DNA from: Patescibacteria group bacterium
GTDB lineage: Bacteria; Patescibacteriota; Patescibacteriia; Patescibacteriales; JAQTRU01
Assembly (NCBI GenBank): GCA_041645555.1
Contig: JBAZPX010000004.1
Coordinates: 10,334-74,333 of the forward strand
Direction of reading: 5' to 3'
Length of the DNA stretch: 64,000 nt
Below are positions 18,248-26,684 of the stretch, in pieces (position 1 is the first letter of the stretch; the number at the start of each line of letters is the position of its first letter). Both the position numbers and the translations under genes were made by a program. Under the pieces are notes generated by a model. That model was not told the origin of the DNA. It searched no databases and was given only the letters and a program-made list of their open reading frames with translations.

Positions 18248-18328
18248 TATATTATTATTATAACAAATTTGAGAAAAAATAGAAAATCCAACCTTCCCAT
18301 CACCTAACACCTAATACCTAAATCTAAT

Positions 18329-19867
18329 TTACTCCACTCTCGGCCGGTACTGCAAGGCCTCGGCGATATGCGGAGTTAAAACCTTTTCCTCGCCGGCTAA
18401 ATCCGCAATGGTCCGGCCTAATTTCAAAATCCTAAAATAAGCCCGGGCGGAAAGGTGCATCTGGTCAACGGCCGCGCGCAGAAGCTCGTGCGAAGAATTG
18501 TCCACCTGGCAGAACTCTTTTACCGCTTCGGAATTCATTTCCGAATTAGTGACAAAAGGAGTATTTTTAAATCTCTCGGCCTGAATCTTCCGAGCCGCTT
18601 CAATTCTAACCTTTATAGCCTCCGAAGTTTCTCCCCGGCCCTCGCTTGTAAGCTTATCAAACTTCAGGCGCGGCACTTCAATGTGAAGGTCAATGCGGTC
18701 AATAATCGGGCCGGAAATTCTTTTGCGGTAATTTATAATCTGCCCGGGGGCGCAGGTGCATTGCCTTTCCTTATCTCCGTAAAACCCGCAAGGGCAGGGA
18801 TTCATGGCCGCCACTAAAATAAACTTAGCCGGAAACCTTAAGTTGCCCGCGGCCCGGCTCACGTTAATTACTCCGTCTTCCAGGGGCTGGCGCAGGTTTT
18901 CCAAAACCTGGCGGGGAAATTCCCCGAATTCATCCAAAAAAAGAACGCCGCGATGAGCCAAAGAGATTTCGCCCGGCCTGGGCCACGTGCCGCCGCCAAC
19001 CAAGGCCACGCCCGAAGCCGTATGATGAGGAGAGCGAAAAGGCCGGGTGGTGAGCAAAGCCGTTTCGGTCGGCAGCTGGCCGGCCACGCTATAAATTTTG
19101 GTTATTTCTAAGGCTTCATCTAAAGTTAAATTGGGTAAAATTGAAGGCATGGTCCGGGCAATTAAAGTTTTACCGGCTCCGGGCGGTCCGAACATTAAAA
19201 CATTATGAGCCCCGGCCGCGGCAATTTCTACCGCCCGCTTGGCATGCTCCTGGCCCCGGACATGAGCCATATCGGAAAAAATCTTTTCGTTGGAAAAATT
19301 AAATTCTTTATAACCGGCGGGCGGGATTGGTTCCTCCCCATTCAAATGCCGGGCCAGCTGGCCTAAATTATCAAGAGGAATAACCTCCAGCTCTTGTATC
19401 AGCTTAGCTTCGGGAGCGTTTTCTTTTGGCACAAAAATAGTCTTTATGCCGACCTGCTTAGCTTTTAGGGCAACCGGCAAAATACCATTTACGGACCGCA
19501 CCTGGCCGGACAAAGCCAGCTCCCCGACAAAAAGCATTTTCTCACTATCGGGGGGAGAAAAAATACAATTGGTTTTTACTAAAATGCTAACGGCAATCGG
19601 CAGGTCATAACTCGGCCCGTATTTTTTTAAATCCGCCGGCGCTAAATTAACCGTTACTTTTACCCTAGGAAAATTGAACCCCGAATTCTTTATCGCGCTT
19701 CTTACCCTTTCCCTTGATTCCGAAACCGCCGCATCCGGCAGGCCGACAATCGCAAAAGTGCCAAGCTGCCCGCCGCCTGTATCCGCTTCTACTTCTACCA
19801 GTTCCGCTTCCAAGCCAACCACGGCCGCCGAAATTATTTTTGAAGACATAGTCTTAGAAATTTTCAA
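18329..19867 (-). CDS. comM: YifB/ComM-family Mg-chelatase-like AAA+ ATPase
   Basis: 512 aa. Lon-like N-terminal domain, Walker A GPPGAGKT, Cys cluster CPCGFYGD..CTC. Confidence 0.85.
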   Translation of the reverse strand: MKISKTMSSKIISAAVVGLEAELVEVEADTGGGQLGTFAIVGLPDAAVSESRERVRSAIKNSGFNFPRVKVTVNLAPADLKKYGPSYDLPIAVSILVKTNCIFSPPDSEKMLFVGELALSGQVRSVNGILPVALKAKQVGIKTIFVPKENAPEAKLIQELEVIPLDNLGQLARHLNGEEPIPPAGYKEFNFSNEKIFSDMAHVRGQEHAKRAVEIAAAGAHNVLMFGPPGAGKTLIARTMPSILPNLTLDEALEITKIYSVAGQLPTETALLTTRPFRSPHHTASGVALVGGGTWPRPGEISLAHRGVLFLDEFGEFPRQVLENLRQPLEDGVINVSRAAGNLRFPAKFILVAAMNPCPCGFYGDKERQCTCAPGQIINYRKRISGPIIDRIDLHIEVPRLKFDKLTSEGRGETSEAIKVRIEAARKIQAERFKNTPFVTNSEMNSEAVKEFCQVDNSSHELLRAAVDQMHLSARAYFRILKLGRTIADLAGEEKVLTPHIAEALQYRPRVE

Positions 19868-19990
19868 TTTTAAATTTTAAATTTTCAAACACCTTATAAC
19901 TCTATAGACTTTCTGACTTTTGACTAATTCCATTATACCACAAAACAAAAAACCGCCCCGAGACTGTGGGACGATTTTTTGGCAGGTAAA

Positions 19991-20422
19991 TTATTTTTTC
20001 TTACAGATCCCGCCTGAGGAAACATTACAGACAAATTCTTCATCTAAACCGCATTTTGACCAGCACTCATCATTGCAACTATTGGGCGTAGCGACCGGGC
20101 AATTACTAGGGTCTATAACGCATGAGCCGCCTTGCGCCGGATCGCATTGGAATATTCTATTATCGCTACAATCCGCCCAGCATTCGCCGTTGCAGCTGTT
20201 AGGCGTAGCAACCGGGCAATTGCTGGCATCAGCCAGACACATTCCTCCTTGCGTTGGATCGCACTTAAATACTTTATTGGCGCCGCAATCCGACCAGCAT
20301 TGGCCGTTGCATTCATTGGGCATTCCCTCGCCGCACTTAAGCGCAGAGCCAGCGCACCCGCTCAAAATCACCGTAAAGAATAATAGCAAGATTGTCTTAA
20401 TGATTATGTTTGCTTTTTTCAT
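19991..20422 (-). CDS. Cys-rich secreted lipoprotein with three ~36-aa repeats
   Basis: Lipobox LSGC. Repeats of the form CPVATPNSCNGECWADC....F.CDP.QGG.C. G+C-richer than its neighbours. Confidence 0.6.
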   Translation of the reverse strand: MKKANIIIKTILLLFFTVILSGCAGSALKCGEGMPNECNGQCWSDCGANKVFKCDPTQGGMCLADASNCPVATPNSCNGECWADCSDNRIFQCDPAQGGSCVIDPSNCPVATPNSCNDECWSKCGLDEEFVCNVSSGGICKKK

Positions 20423-20535
20423 ATTTTTTATAAATATGAATTAATTATTTTAATTTTTTTAAAAAACTGTACATAAGCTTATGCCTCTATTTTACCAATA
20501 TTTCGCTTAAATAGCAAAACTGATTAACTGCTTAA

Positions 20536-23190
20536 CTATTTAACTAATTCGCTATTTTCAAGCTTAATAGAAAGCAACTTGCTTACCCCGTCATCGCCCA
20601 TAGTCACGCCATAAAGAATATTGGCCCGGCGCATGGACGCGCGGTTATGGGTAATAACGATAAACTGGGTTCTGTGGGAAAGATCGTCTAAAATTTTAGC
20701 CAGCCGCTCCGAGTTAGCTTCGTCTAAAGCGGCGTCCACCTCGTCTAAAACCACGAACGGCGAAGGGTTGGCGCTGATAATCGCGCAAATCAAAGCAATG
20801 GCGGTTAAAGCCCGCTCCCCGCCGGAAAGCATAGCCACGGATTTAATTTTTTTACCCGGAGGCGTGGCCTGAATTTCAATCCCGGCCAGGCCGGTGGCAT
20901 TATGCTTTCTTAAAAATTTTATTTTCTTTAAATCCAAGCCGGATTTTTCTTCCTTTTCCTTTGTGCCTCCGTCCGGGATTTTTGCTTCTAAATCGCCCGC
21001 CTCATCAGGAACTTGCTCGGGAGGTTCCTTTTCCTCCTCTTCCATTACTTTTATAATTTTAGCCACCCCGCCGTTAAATAGAATTTTAAAATATTCCTCA
21101 AATTTTCCGGAAATAATTTTAAATTCTTTATCAAATCTCTCCTTTATAGTTAAGTCCAGCTCCTCAATAATTTTTTCCAAAGATTTAATGCCGGCCATTA
21201 AATCTTTAATCTGGCCGGACAGAAAGTCAAAGCGTTCTTTAGTTTCCTTATATTCTTTAGTCGTTTCCGGATCGATCCCGCCGATTAATTCAAGCTGATG
21301 TTTCAGCTGCCCAATCTTTTCTTTAGCTTCTTCCGGATCGATGGCTCCGGAAAACTTTTTCTCCCCTACCTCCTTTAAATCGCCAAGACTATCTCTTATC
21401 TCGGCTTCTAAATCCTCAAGTCTTGTTTCAAACCGCGTAGAATTAATTTTTAAATCATTAAGCTGGCGGCTTAAATTATTAATTTCATTCTGCAGATTAT
21501 GGATTTCTTTCTGCAGGGAAAATAAGCGGTCCTTCTCTTTCTCCTCTTCAAGATTCAAATTATCAATCTTGGCGTTTATTTCCCCGACTTCAGCTTCAAT
21601 TTTTTCTAATCTTCTCTTTAACTCAATTTTTTCTTTGTCTGTTTCCTCCCGGCCGAACTCGGCTTGGTTCTGTCTTAGCTTATCTTCTATCCCCTCCGCC
21701 TCTTTCTGCCAGGCTTGTAATTTTTCCCGAAGCAGTTTCGCCCTTTCCGTCCAGGCCAAAGTCCTCAAATTATTTTCATTGATTTTTACCGCCGCCGCTT
21801 CCCCGGCCTTTGTTAATCCGATAATTTCCTTCTGCGCTTCCTCCAATCCTCCCGCATCTTCCTGGCTGAAGTCTTTTACCACCCGCCTGAATTCTTCCTT
21901 TATTTTTCTCAACACCTCCCTTAATTTTCCTTCTTCTTTCTCTTTATCCGCCGCCTCTAATTTCCCAAGCAGTTTTTCCAAAATTTCTTTTATTTTCGCT
22001 TTTGTCCCGCCGGATGAGCCCGAACTTAATTTTATTAAGTTATCATTGGCCACAGCCAGGCGCTTATCTGTCTCTTTCTTCTCCGCCTCCAGTCCGGCAA
22101 AGCCGTCTTTACTGAACTTAATATTTTTTTCCAAAGACTCAATTTCTTCCTTTACTTTTTTTATTTCCCCGGCTAACTCTTCTCTTTTATTATTAAGCCA
22201 GGACAAATCAAACTGGCCCCGGGCTTCCAGCTTTATTTCCAATTGGGCGTCTAGTCTCGCGATCTGCTTCATTACTTCTTCTTTTTTATTCTGCAGCCCG
22301 CCCAAAGACTTTTGCCACTCTTCAAACTCCGGGCTTCTCTTATCCTTTACCCTTATTTTTTCCAGCTCATGATTTAATTGCTCTAATTTTTTCTCTTTAG
22401 CCAGCTTAATTTTTTCCAGATTAAGAAACTGGTTATTAAACTCATTAAATTTATCATTTATCTCATGCCAGACCTTGCGGTAATAATTTAATTGCAATTC
22501 TTTAACCTCCGCTTCAATCTTTTCCCTTTTCTCCAATCTATTAACCTGCCGCGTCAGGCTCTTAAGGCGCGGTTCAATTTCAGAAAGGAGCAGACTGACT
22601 TGATTTAAATTTTCATAGCTCGTCTGGAGTTTGCCCAAAGAATCATCCCGCTTAATCTGAAATTGCTTAACGCCGGTCGCTTCGTCAAAAAATTCTTTCC
22701 TTTCGGTTAAACTGGTATTCAAAAACCCTTCCACCATGCCCTGGCCGATAACGCTATAGGTTTTTTGCCCGAACTTGGCTTTAGCCAAAAGCATCTGCAC
22801 ATCAGAGAGGCGGACGCGGGACTGATTTATTAAATATTCGCTGTCTCCGTCCCGAAATAGCCGGCGGGTTAAAATCACTTCGGAATAATCGATTGGAGCT
22901 TTTTTATCCTCGTTATTTAAAAACAGGGAAACTTCCGCCATGCCTAACCTGCCTTTTCTGTCCGAGCCGGAAAAGATAATATCTTCGCTTTTTTTGCCGC
23001 GCAGGGTTTTCATGCTCTGCTCCCCCAAAGCCCAGCGCACCGAGTCGGCAATATTAGACTTGCCCGAGCCGTTAGGACCGACAACAGCCGTAATGCCCCG
23101 CCGGTCCTTCGTAATCATACCGGGAAAAACCAACTTGTTTTTATTGGCGAAAGATTTAAAGCCCTGAATTTCAAGCTTTTCTAGATACAT
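20536..23190 (-). CDS. smc: SMC-like chromosome segregation ATPase, short form without a recognisable hinge
   Basis: 884 aa. Walker A GPNGSGKSN, signature LSGGERALTAIAL, Walker B VLDEVDAALD. The middle is continuous coiled coil with only LSSGSSGGT at the apex. Confidence 0.8.
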   Translation of the reverse strand: MYLEKLEIQGFKSFANKNKLVFPGMITKDRRGITAVVGPNGSGKSNIADSVRWALGEQSMKTLRGKKSEDIIFSGSDRKGRLGMAEVSLFLNNEDKKAPIDYSEVILTRRLFRDGDSEYLINQSRVRLSDVQMLLAKAKFGQKTYSVIGQGMVEGFLNTSLTERKEFFDEATGVKQFQIKRDDSLGKLQTSYENLNQVSLLLSEIEPRLKSLTRQVNRLEKREKIEAEVKELQLNYYRKVWHEINDKFNEFNNQFLNLEKIKLAKEKKLEQLNHELEKIRVKDKRSPEFEEWQKSLGGLQNKKEEVMKQIARLDAQLEIKLEARGQFDLSWLNNKREELAGEIKKVKEEIESLEKNIKFSKDGFAGLEAEKKETDKRLAVANDNLIKLSSGSSGGTKAKIKEILEKLLGKLEAADKEKEEGKLREVLRKIKEEFRRVVKDFSQEDAGGLEEAQKEIIGLTKAGEAAAVKINENNLRTLAWTERAKLLREKLQAWQKEAEGIEDKLRQNQAEFGREETDKEKIELKRRLEKIEAEVGEINAKIDNLNLEEEKEKDRLFSLQKEIHNLQNEINNLSRQLNDLKINSTRFETRLEDLEAEIRDSLGDLKEVGEKKFSGAIDPEEAKEKIGQLKHQLELIGGIDPETTKEYKETKERFDFLSGQIKDLMAGIKSLEKIIEELDLTIKERFDKEFKIISGKFEEYFKILFNGGVAKIIKVMEEEEKEPPEQVPDEAGDLEAKIPDGGTKEKEEKSGLDLKKIKFLRKHNATGLAGIEIQATPPGKKIKSVAMLSGGERALTAIALICAIISANPSPFVVLDEVDAALDEANSERLAKILDDLSHRTQFIVITHNRASMRRANILYGVTMGDDGVSKLLSIKLENSELVK

Positions 23191-23369
23191 GGTAAAAAAA
23201 TAAAAAATAAAAATGAAAAATTTTTCATTCCATCTCTATTATAGAACAAATTGCGATTTTTTAAAAATGCCCCCCCCTCGTTAAAGGGGGACTAAGGGGG
23301 ATTTTCTTGCTTTAAGTGAAATTATATGGTGAAATTATAATATAAGATAACTTTAGAATACAAAAATAT

Positions 23370-23960
23370 ATGATAATCTCTATCAGCGGCACCTCGGGTT
23401 CGGGCAAAAGCACAGTCGCTAAAAAATTGGCAAAAAAATTAAAGTGGTCCCGTTATTATATGGGGGGTATGAGAAGAGAATTGGCAAAAAAACGAGGTCT
23501 GACTTTGGCCGAATATAATAAACTTGGGGAAAAAGACCCAGTGACTGATTTAGAAGTAGATAAATACCAAAAAAAATTAGGAGAGACTAAGGATAATTTT
23601 GTTATTGAGGGCCGAACTTCCTGGTATTTTATCCCCCATTCCTTAAAAATTTATCTTGACGTGGGCGAAAAAGTTGCCGCGGAGCGCATTTTTAAAGAAC
23701 TAAAAGGCAAGCATAGCCGGAACGAAGATAAAAATTTAGAAACCGTGGCTCAGGTTTTAAAGAGCCAACGGGCGAGAAAAAAAAGTGATAAAAAACGGTA
23801 CATGAAATATTATAAAATTGATGTCTATGATAAAAAAAATTATGATTTTATTTTAGATACGACCAAGTTAAACAAAAATCAGGTTTTTGCTAAAGTTTAC
23901 GGTTTTATTAAATCCAAGCCAAATCTTGACCCCACTCCGCCTCACTGTTGCTCGGCTTAG
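23370..23960 (+). CDS. cmk: cytidylate kinase, archaeal/short type
   Basis: MIISISGTSGSGKSTVAKKLA..., EGR motif, KRY..YKIDV.D...YD.ILDT. The last ~12 codons run into a repeat (atcttgaccccactccg). Confidence 0.75.
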   Translation: MIISISGTSGSGKSTVAKKLAKKLKWSRYYMGGMRRELAKKRGLTLAEYNKLGEKDPVTDLEVDKYQKKLGETKDNFVIEGRTSWYFIPHSLKIYLDVGEKVAAERIFKELKGKHSRNEDKNLETVAQVLKSQRARKKSDKKRYMKYYKIDVYDKKNYDFILDTTKLNKNQVFAKVYGFIKSKPNLDPTPPHCCSA

Positions 23961-24128
23961 AGGGGCGAGAAGAAGCGGCATGGAATCTGAATTTTAAAAA
24001 CAGGCTATTCGCGTGCGACCGAGCGGTATTTCGAACGCCTTGACAAAAGATAATTTTTATTATAGGATTAGACAAGAATTAAGAATTAAAAATCTCGCCT
24101 TAAGCGGCGATATTTATTTTAAAAATAT

Positions 24129-24467
24129 ATGAGCGAAGAAAAAAAGAAAATTCCGGAAATAAAACCCGGCATGACGGTTCGCATTTTCCAAAAAATCAAA
24201 GAGCAAAATATTAAGGGCGAAGAAAAAGAAAGAACCCAATATTTTGAAGGCATTATTATCGCCAAAAAGCACGGGAAGGAAAAAGGCGGAACCATAACGG
24301 TTAGGAAAGTTTCTGACGGAGTGGGCGTGGAAAAAATATTTCCGCTCAACCTTCCAACTATAGAAAAAATCGAGATTAAAAAACAGGAAAAGGTAAAGCG
24401 GGCCAAACTCTATTTCTTAAGAAAAGGATATAAGAAGAAACTCAAAGAGGTAAAAATTTCTCAATAA
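24129..24467 (+). CDS. rplS: 50S ribosomal protein L19
   Basis: IKPGMTVRIFQKI..GEEKERTQYFEGIIIAKKH..ITVRK...GVGVEKIFPL. Confidence 0.9.
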   Translation: MSEEKKKIPEIKPGMTVRIFQKIKEQNIKGEEKERTQYFEGIIIAKKHGKEKGGTITVRKVSDGVGVEKIFPLNLPTIEKIEIKKQEKVKRAKLYFLRKGYKKKLKEVKISQ

Positions 24468-24489
24468 CTCCAAAATCGCCATAGATTTG

Positions 24490-24575
24490 GGGCGGATGGC
24501 GGAACTGGTAGACGCGCAAGCTTGAGGGGCTTGTGGCCGAAAGGTCGTGGAGGTTCAAGTCCTCTTCCGCCCACC
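24490..24575 (+). tRNA. tRNA-Leu (GAG), long variable arm
   Basis: Acceptor GGGCGGA/TCCGCCC, anticodon arm CAAGC-TTGAGGG-GCTTG, T arm GGAGG-TTCAAGT-CCTCT. A partial CC follows the discriminator. Confidence 0.9.
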
Positions 24576-24747
24576 GCTGAGATTTTAAATTTTCGATTTC
24601 AGATTGCCGATTTAATTTTCTAAATAACTGGTTCTAAAATTATTGGCACACAGCGAAACAACTTCTCACTAAGCTAAAATAAAAATTCAGTTTAACAGGC
24701 ATAAATTGATACTTGCAAATCGTTAATCGCCAATCGCGAATCGGCAC

Positions 24748-24932
24748 GGGCGCATAGCTTCCTCCTTCGTCCCGCCAAAGGCGGGACTTCGGACGGACAA
24801 GCAGTTGGCCCGCCTCGCCGAGCTGAAGCTCGGCTTCAGCGAGGCGGGTTAGAGCATCTCGTTTACACCGAGAGGGCCCTGGGTTCGTCGGGTCATCCGA
24901 CCCGACGCCCAGCCGGATGACTGGGCGAATCC
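24748..24932 (+). pseudogene. tRNA-Val(TAC)-like copy interrupted by three ~40-nt GC-rich hairpin insertions and lacking the 3' acceptor strand
   Basis: Segments gggcgcatagct / cagttgg / ttagagcatctcgtttacaccgagagggccctgggttcg / aatcc are identical to the intact gene at 24977-25050. Inserts lie at 24760-24801, 24809-24848 and 24888-24927. Confidence 0.75.
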
Positions 24933-24976
24933 GCCGTAATAATTTATTAAATAGTTAAAAAAATTAATCATAAGTT

Positions 24977-25050
24977 GGGCGCATAGCTCAGTTGGTTAGA
25001 GCATCTCGTTTACACCGAGAGGGCCCTGGGTTCGAATCCTAGTGCGCCCA
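24977..25050 (+). tRNA. tRNA-Val (TAC)
   Basis: Acceptor GGGCGCA/TGCGCCC, anticodon arm TCTCG-TTTACAC-CGAGA, T arm CTGGG-TTCGAAT-CCTAG. Confidence 0.9.
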
Positions 25051-25057
25051 CATAAAA

Positions 25058-25090
25058 AACAGCTCCGAGCGCTCGGGGTTGTTTTTTTAT
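25058..25090 (+). terminator. intrinsic terminator after the tRNA cluster
   Basis: cagctccgagcgctcggggttg followed by ttttttt. Confidence 0.6.
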
Positions 25091-25126
25091 CTTTATTTTT
25101 TGAAGAAAATAAACTACAATTAAACT

Positions 25127-25609
25127 ATGAAGAAAATAATAACCAATTCGGAAAAAAAAACTTTGGCCTTGGCTAAAAAATACGCCAAAACTTTAAAAAG
25201 CGGGACAATACTGGGCTTAATCGGAAATTTAGGCGCGGGTAAAACCGTTTTTATTAAAGGCCTAGCCCAAGGTTTGGGGCTTAAAAAAAATATTACCAGC
25301 CCGACTTTTGTAATAATGAAGGTTTACCCTATTAAATCGCGCTCAACGCGAATTTTGCCAAAGGCAAAATTATTTGACGGGGCATACCCCATTAAAAAGG
25401 GAAAAATTAAAAACCTTGTCCATATTGACGCTTACCGCCTTAAATCGGCCGGGGATTTAATCGCTATCGGCGCGGGAGAGTACTTTAACCGGACCGGGAC
25501 CTTAACCGTAATTGAATGGGCGGACAAGATTAAAAAAGTCTTGCCAAAAAGGACAAAATACGTTAAGATAAAAATCTTAGAAGGTAATAAAAGGGAAATT
25601 AAATATTAA
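25127..25609 (+). CDS. tsaE: tRNA t6A biosynthesis ATPase TsaE
   Basis: GNLGAGKTVFIKGLAQGLG..SPTF..HIDAYRL. Carries a 20-codon insertion (separate feature). Confidence 0.8.
   Translation: MKKIITNSEKKTLALAKKYAKTLKSGTILGLIGNLGAGKTVFIKGLAQGLGLKKNITSPTFVIMKVYPIKSRSTRILPKAKLFDGAYPIKKGKIKNLVHIDAYRLKSAGDLIAIGAGEYFNRTGTLTVIEWADKIKKVLPKRTKYVKIKILEGNKREIKY
25325..25396. repeat. 60-nt in-frame insertion in tsaE bounded by a 12-nt direct repeat
   Basis: taccctattaaa (25325-25336), then a 48-nt segment with hairpins tcgcg-ctcaa-cgcga and ttttgcc-aaa-ggcaaaa, then taccccattaaa (25385-25396). Duplicates the peptide YPIK. Confidence 0.7.
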
Positions 25610-25611
25610 TT

Positions 25612-26463
25612 ATGTTCAGAGAAAATTTTTTAGCCCAACTTAACGAAGACGAACAATTAACAGCCGCCGAAGATAAAGTTTGCGATGAAATGAGAAGAGT
25701 TAAAGAACCGAGCCTTAAAGAAAAAGATTTTGAAGGGATTTATTCAAAGACGGAAGTAGAAAGAGACCTTGAATTAACCCAGAAATTAGAAAAGGGGCAT
25801 GTTCTCCGCACGGAAAGAGGGGAAATATTGGAAAAAGTTTTACGACGGGAAATTTATAATTCCTGCTGGTTTGGCGACAACTGCGAAACGGTCCAGACTA
25901 CAAAGTTTGATGATTATGTTAACCATACGGATTTCGTAATTGAGTTGGACACTGACGACAGGATTAAACTGGCGGTTGACACTACCGTGACTAATGATAC
26001 GGAGGTAATAGAAAAAAAAGTTATAAAAATAAAAAATGAGCTTGATAGAAAAATAGGAACAACTATTAAATACTTCCAATCTAATTTAACCTGGGAAGAT
26101 AATCCGGAGAAAGGCGAAATTAAGGATATCCCTAGCGTTATCATCGCTTTTGATTATGAGAATTTACAAAAAATGTGTGAAATCATGGCTGGTCCCGGCG
26201 GGAAAGAAAAATTAGGAAGAACATCACTCCAAATATATATTTTAGAAGACGTAATCAACCAGCTTGAAATCCAGGGAGAATACTTGGAAAAAAATATAAA
26301 AGGCGGAAGCGACACAAATATCTATAAAAATATCAAAAGAGCAGAGGAATATTTGAGAGAAATTCTTGAGAGTAAAAGAGAATCAGCTGAAATCGAAAAT
26401 AAGGGAAACGTCAGAAACGAGTCTATCTCGGCAAGGGAAAAAATTACCCTTTTGGCCGCATAA
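25612..26463 (+). CDS. hypothetical protein (283 aa, acidic, no recognisable domain)
   Basis: Long ORF starting 3 nt after the tsaE stop, with coding-like composition. Confidence 0.5.
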   Translation: MFRENFLAQLNEDEQLTAAEDKVCDEMRRVKEPSLKEKDFEGIYSKTEVERDLELTQKLEKGHVLRTERGEILEKVLRREIYNSCWFGDNCETVQTTKFDDYVNHTDFVIELDTDDRIKLAVDTTVTNDTEVIEKKVIKIKNELDRKIGTTIKYFQSNLTWEDNPEKGEIKDIPSVIIAFDYENLQKMCEIMAGPGGKEKLGRTSLQIYILEDVINQLEIQGEYLEKNIKGGSDTNIYKNIKRAEEYLREILESKRESAEIENKGNVRNESISAREKITLLAA

Positions 26464-26684
26464 TAAAAACCCCTGCTTCTTGGTGAAAACAGGAGTTTCT
26501 CTTTATCCTTCCTCCTTTTGGGCCGGAGGAATTAACACTTTTTTAAAAATTCTGCCCACACCCAAGGGCCTAGGTTCATCTCTCCTGGTTTCTTTACCGG
26601 GCGGTAAATCCCCAGGTCCAGTTTCGGGGGGTTTTTTTTTAATTTTTTCTTCCAACCTTCCCTCCCTTGCAAAGGACGAATATT

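Noticed and set aside
19920-20444. 174-aa plus-strand ORF and two internal ORFs (20113-20316, 20132-20383)
   Set aside because: They are alternative frames or strands of the triple-repeat Cys-rich lipoprotein gene. The minus-strand frame has the lipoprotein signal and a regular Cys spacing.
21341-22372. 343-aa plus-strand ORF, plus the 134-aa ORF at 20894-21298
   Set aside because: Both lie entirely antisense to smc. Their Ser/Phe/Leu-rich low-complexity translation mirrors the Lys/Glu-rich coiled coil. There is no start context.
24748-24932. A functional tRNA-Val with multiple introns
   Set aside because: The 3' half of the T stem and the 3' acceptor strand are missing, an intact identical gene lies 45 nt downstream, and no bacterial mechanism is known for removing such inserts. 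It is called a pseudogene.
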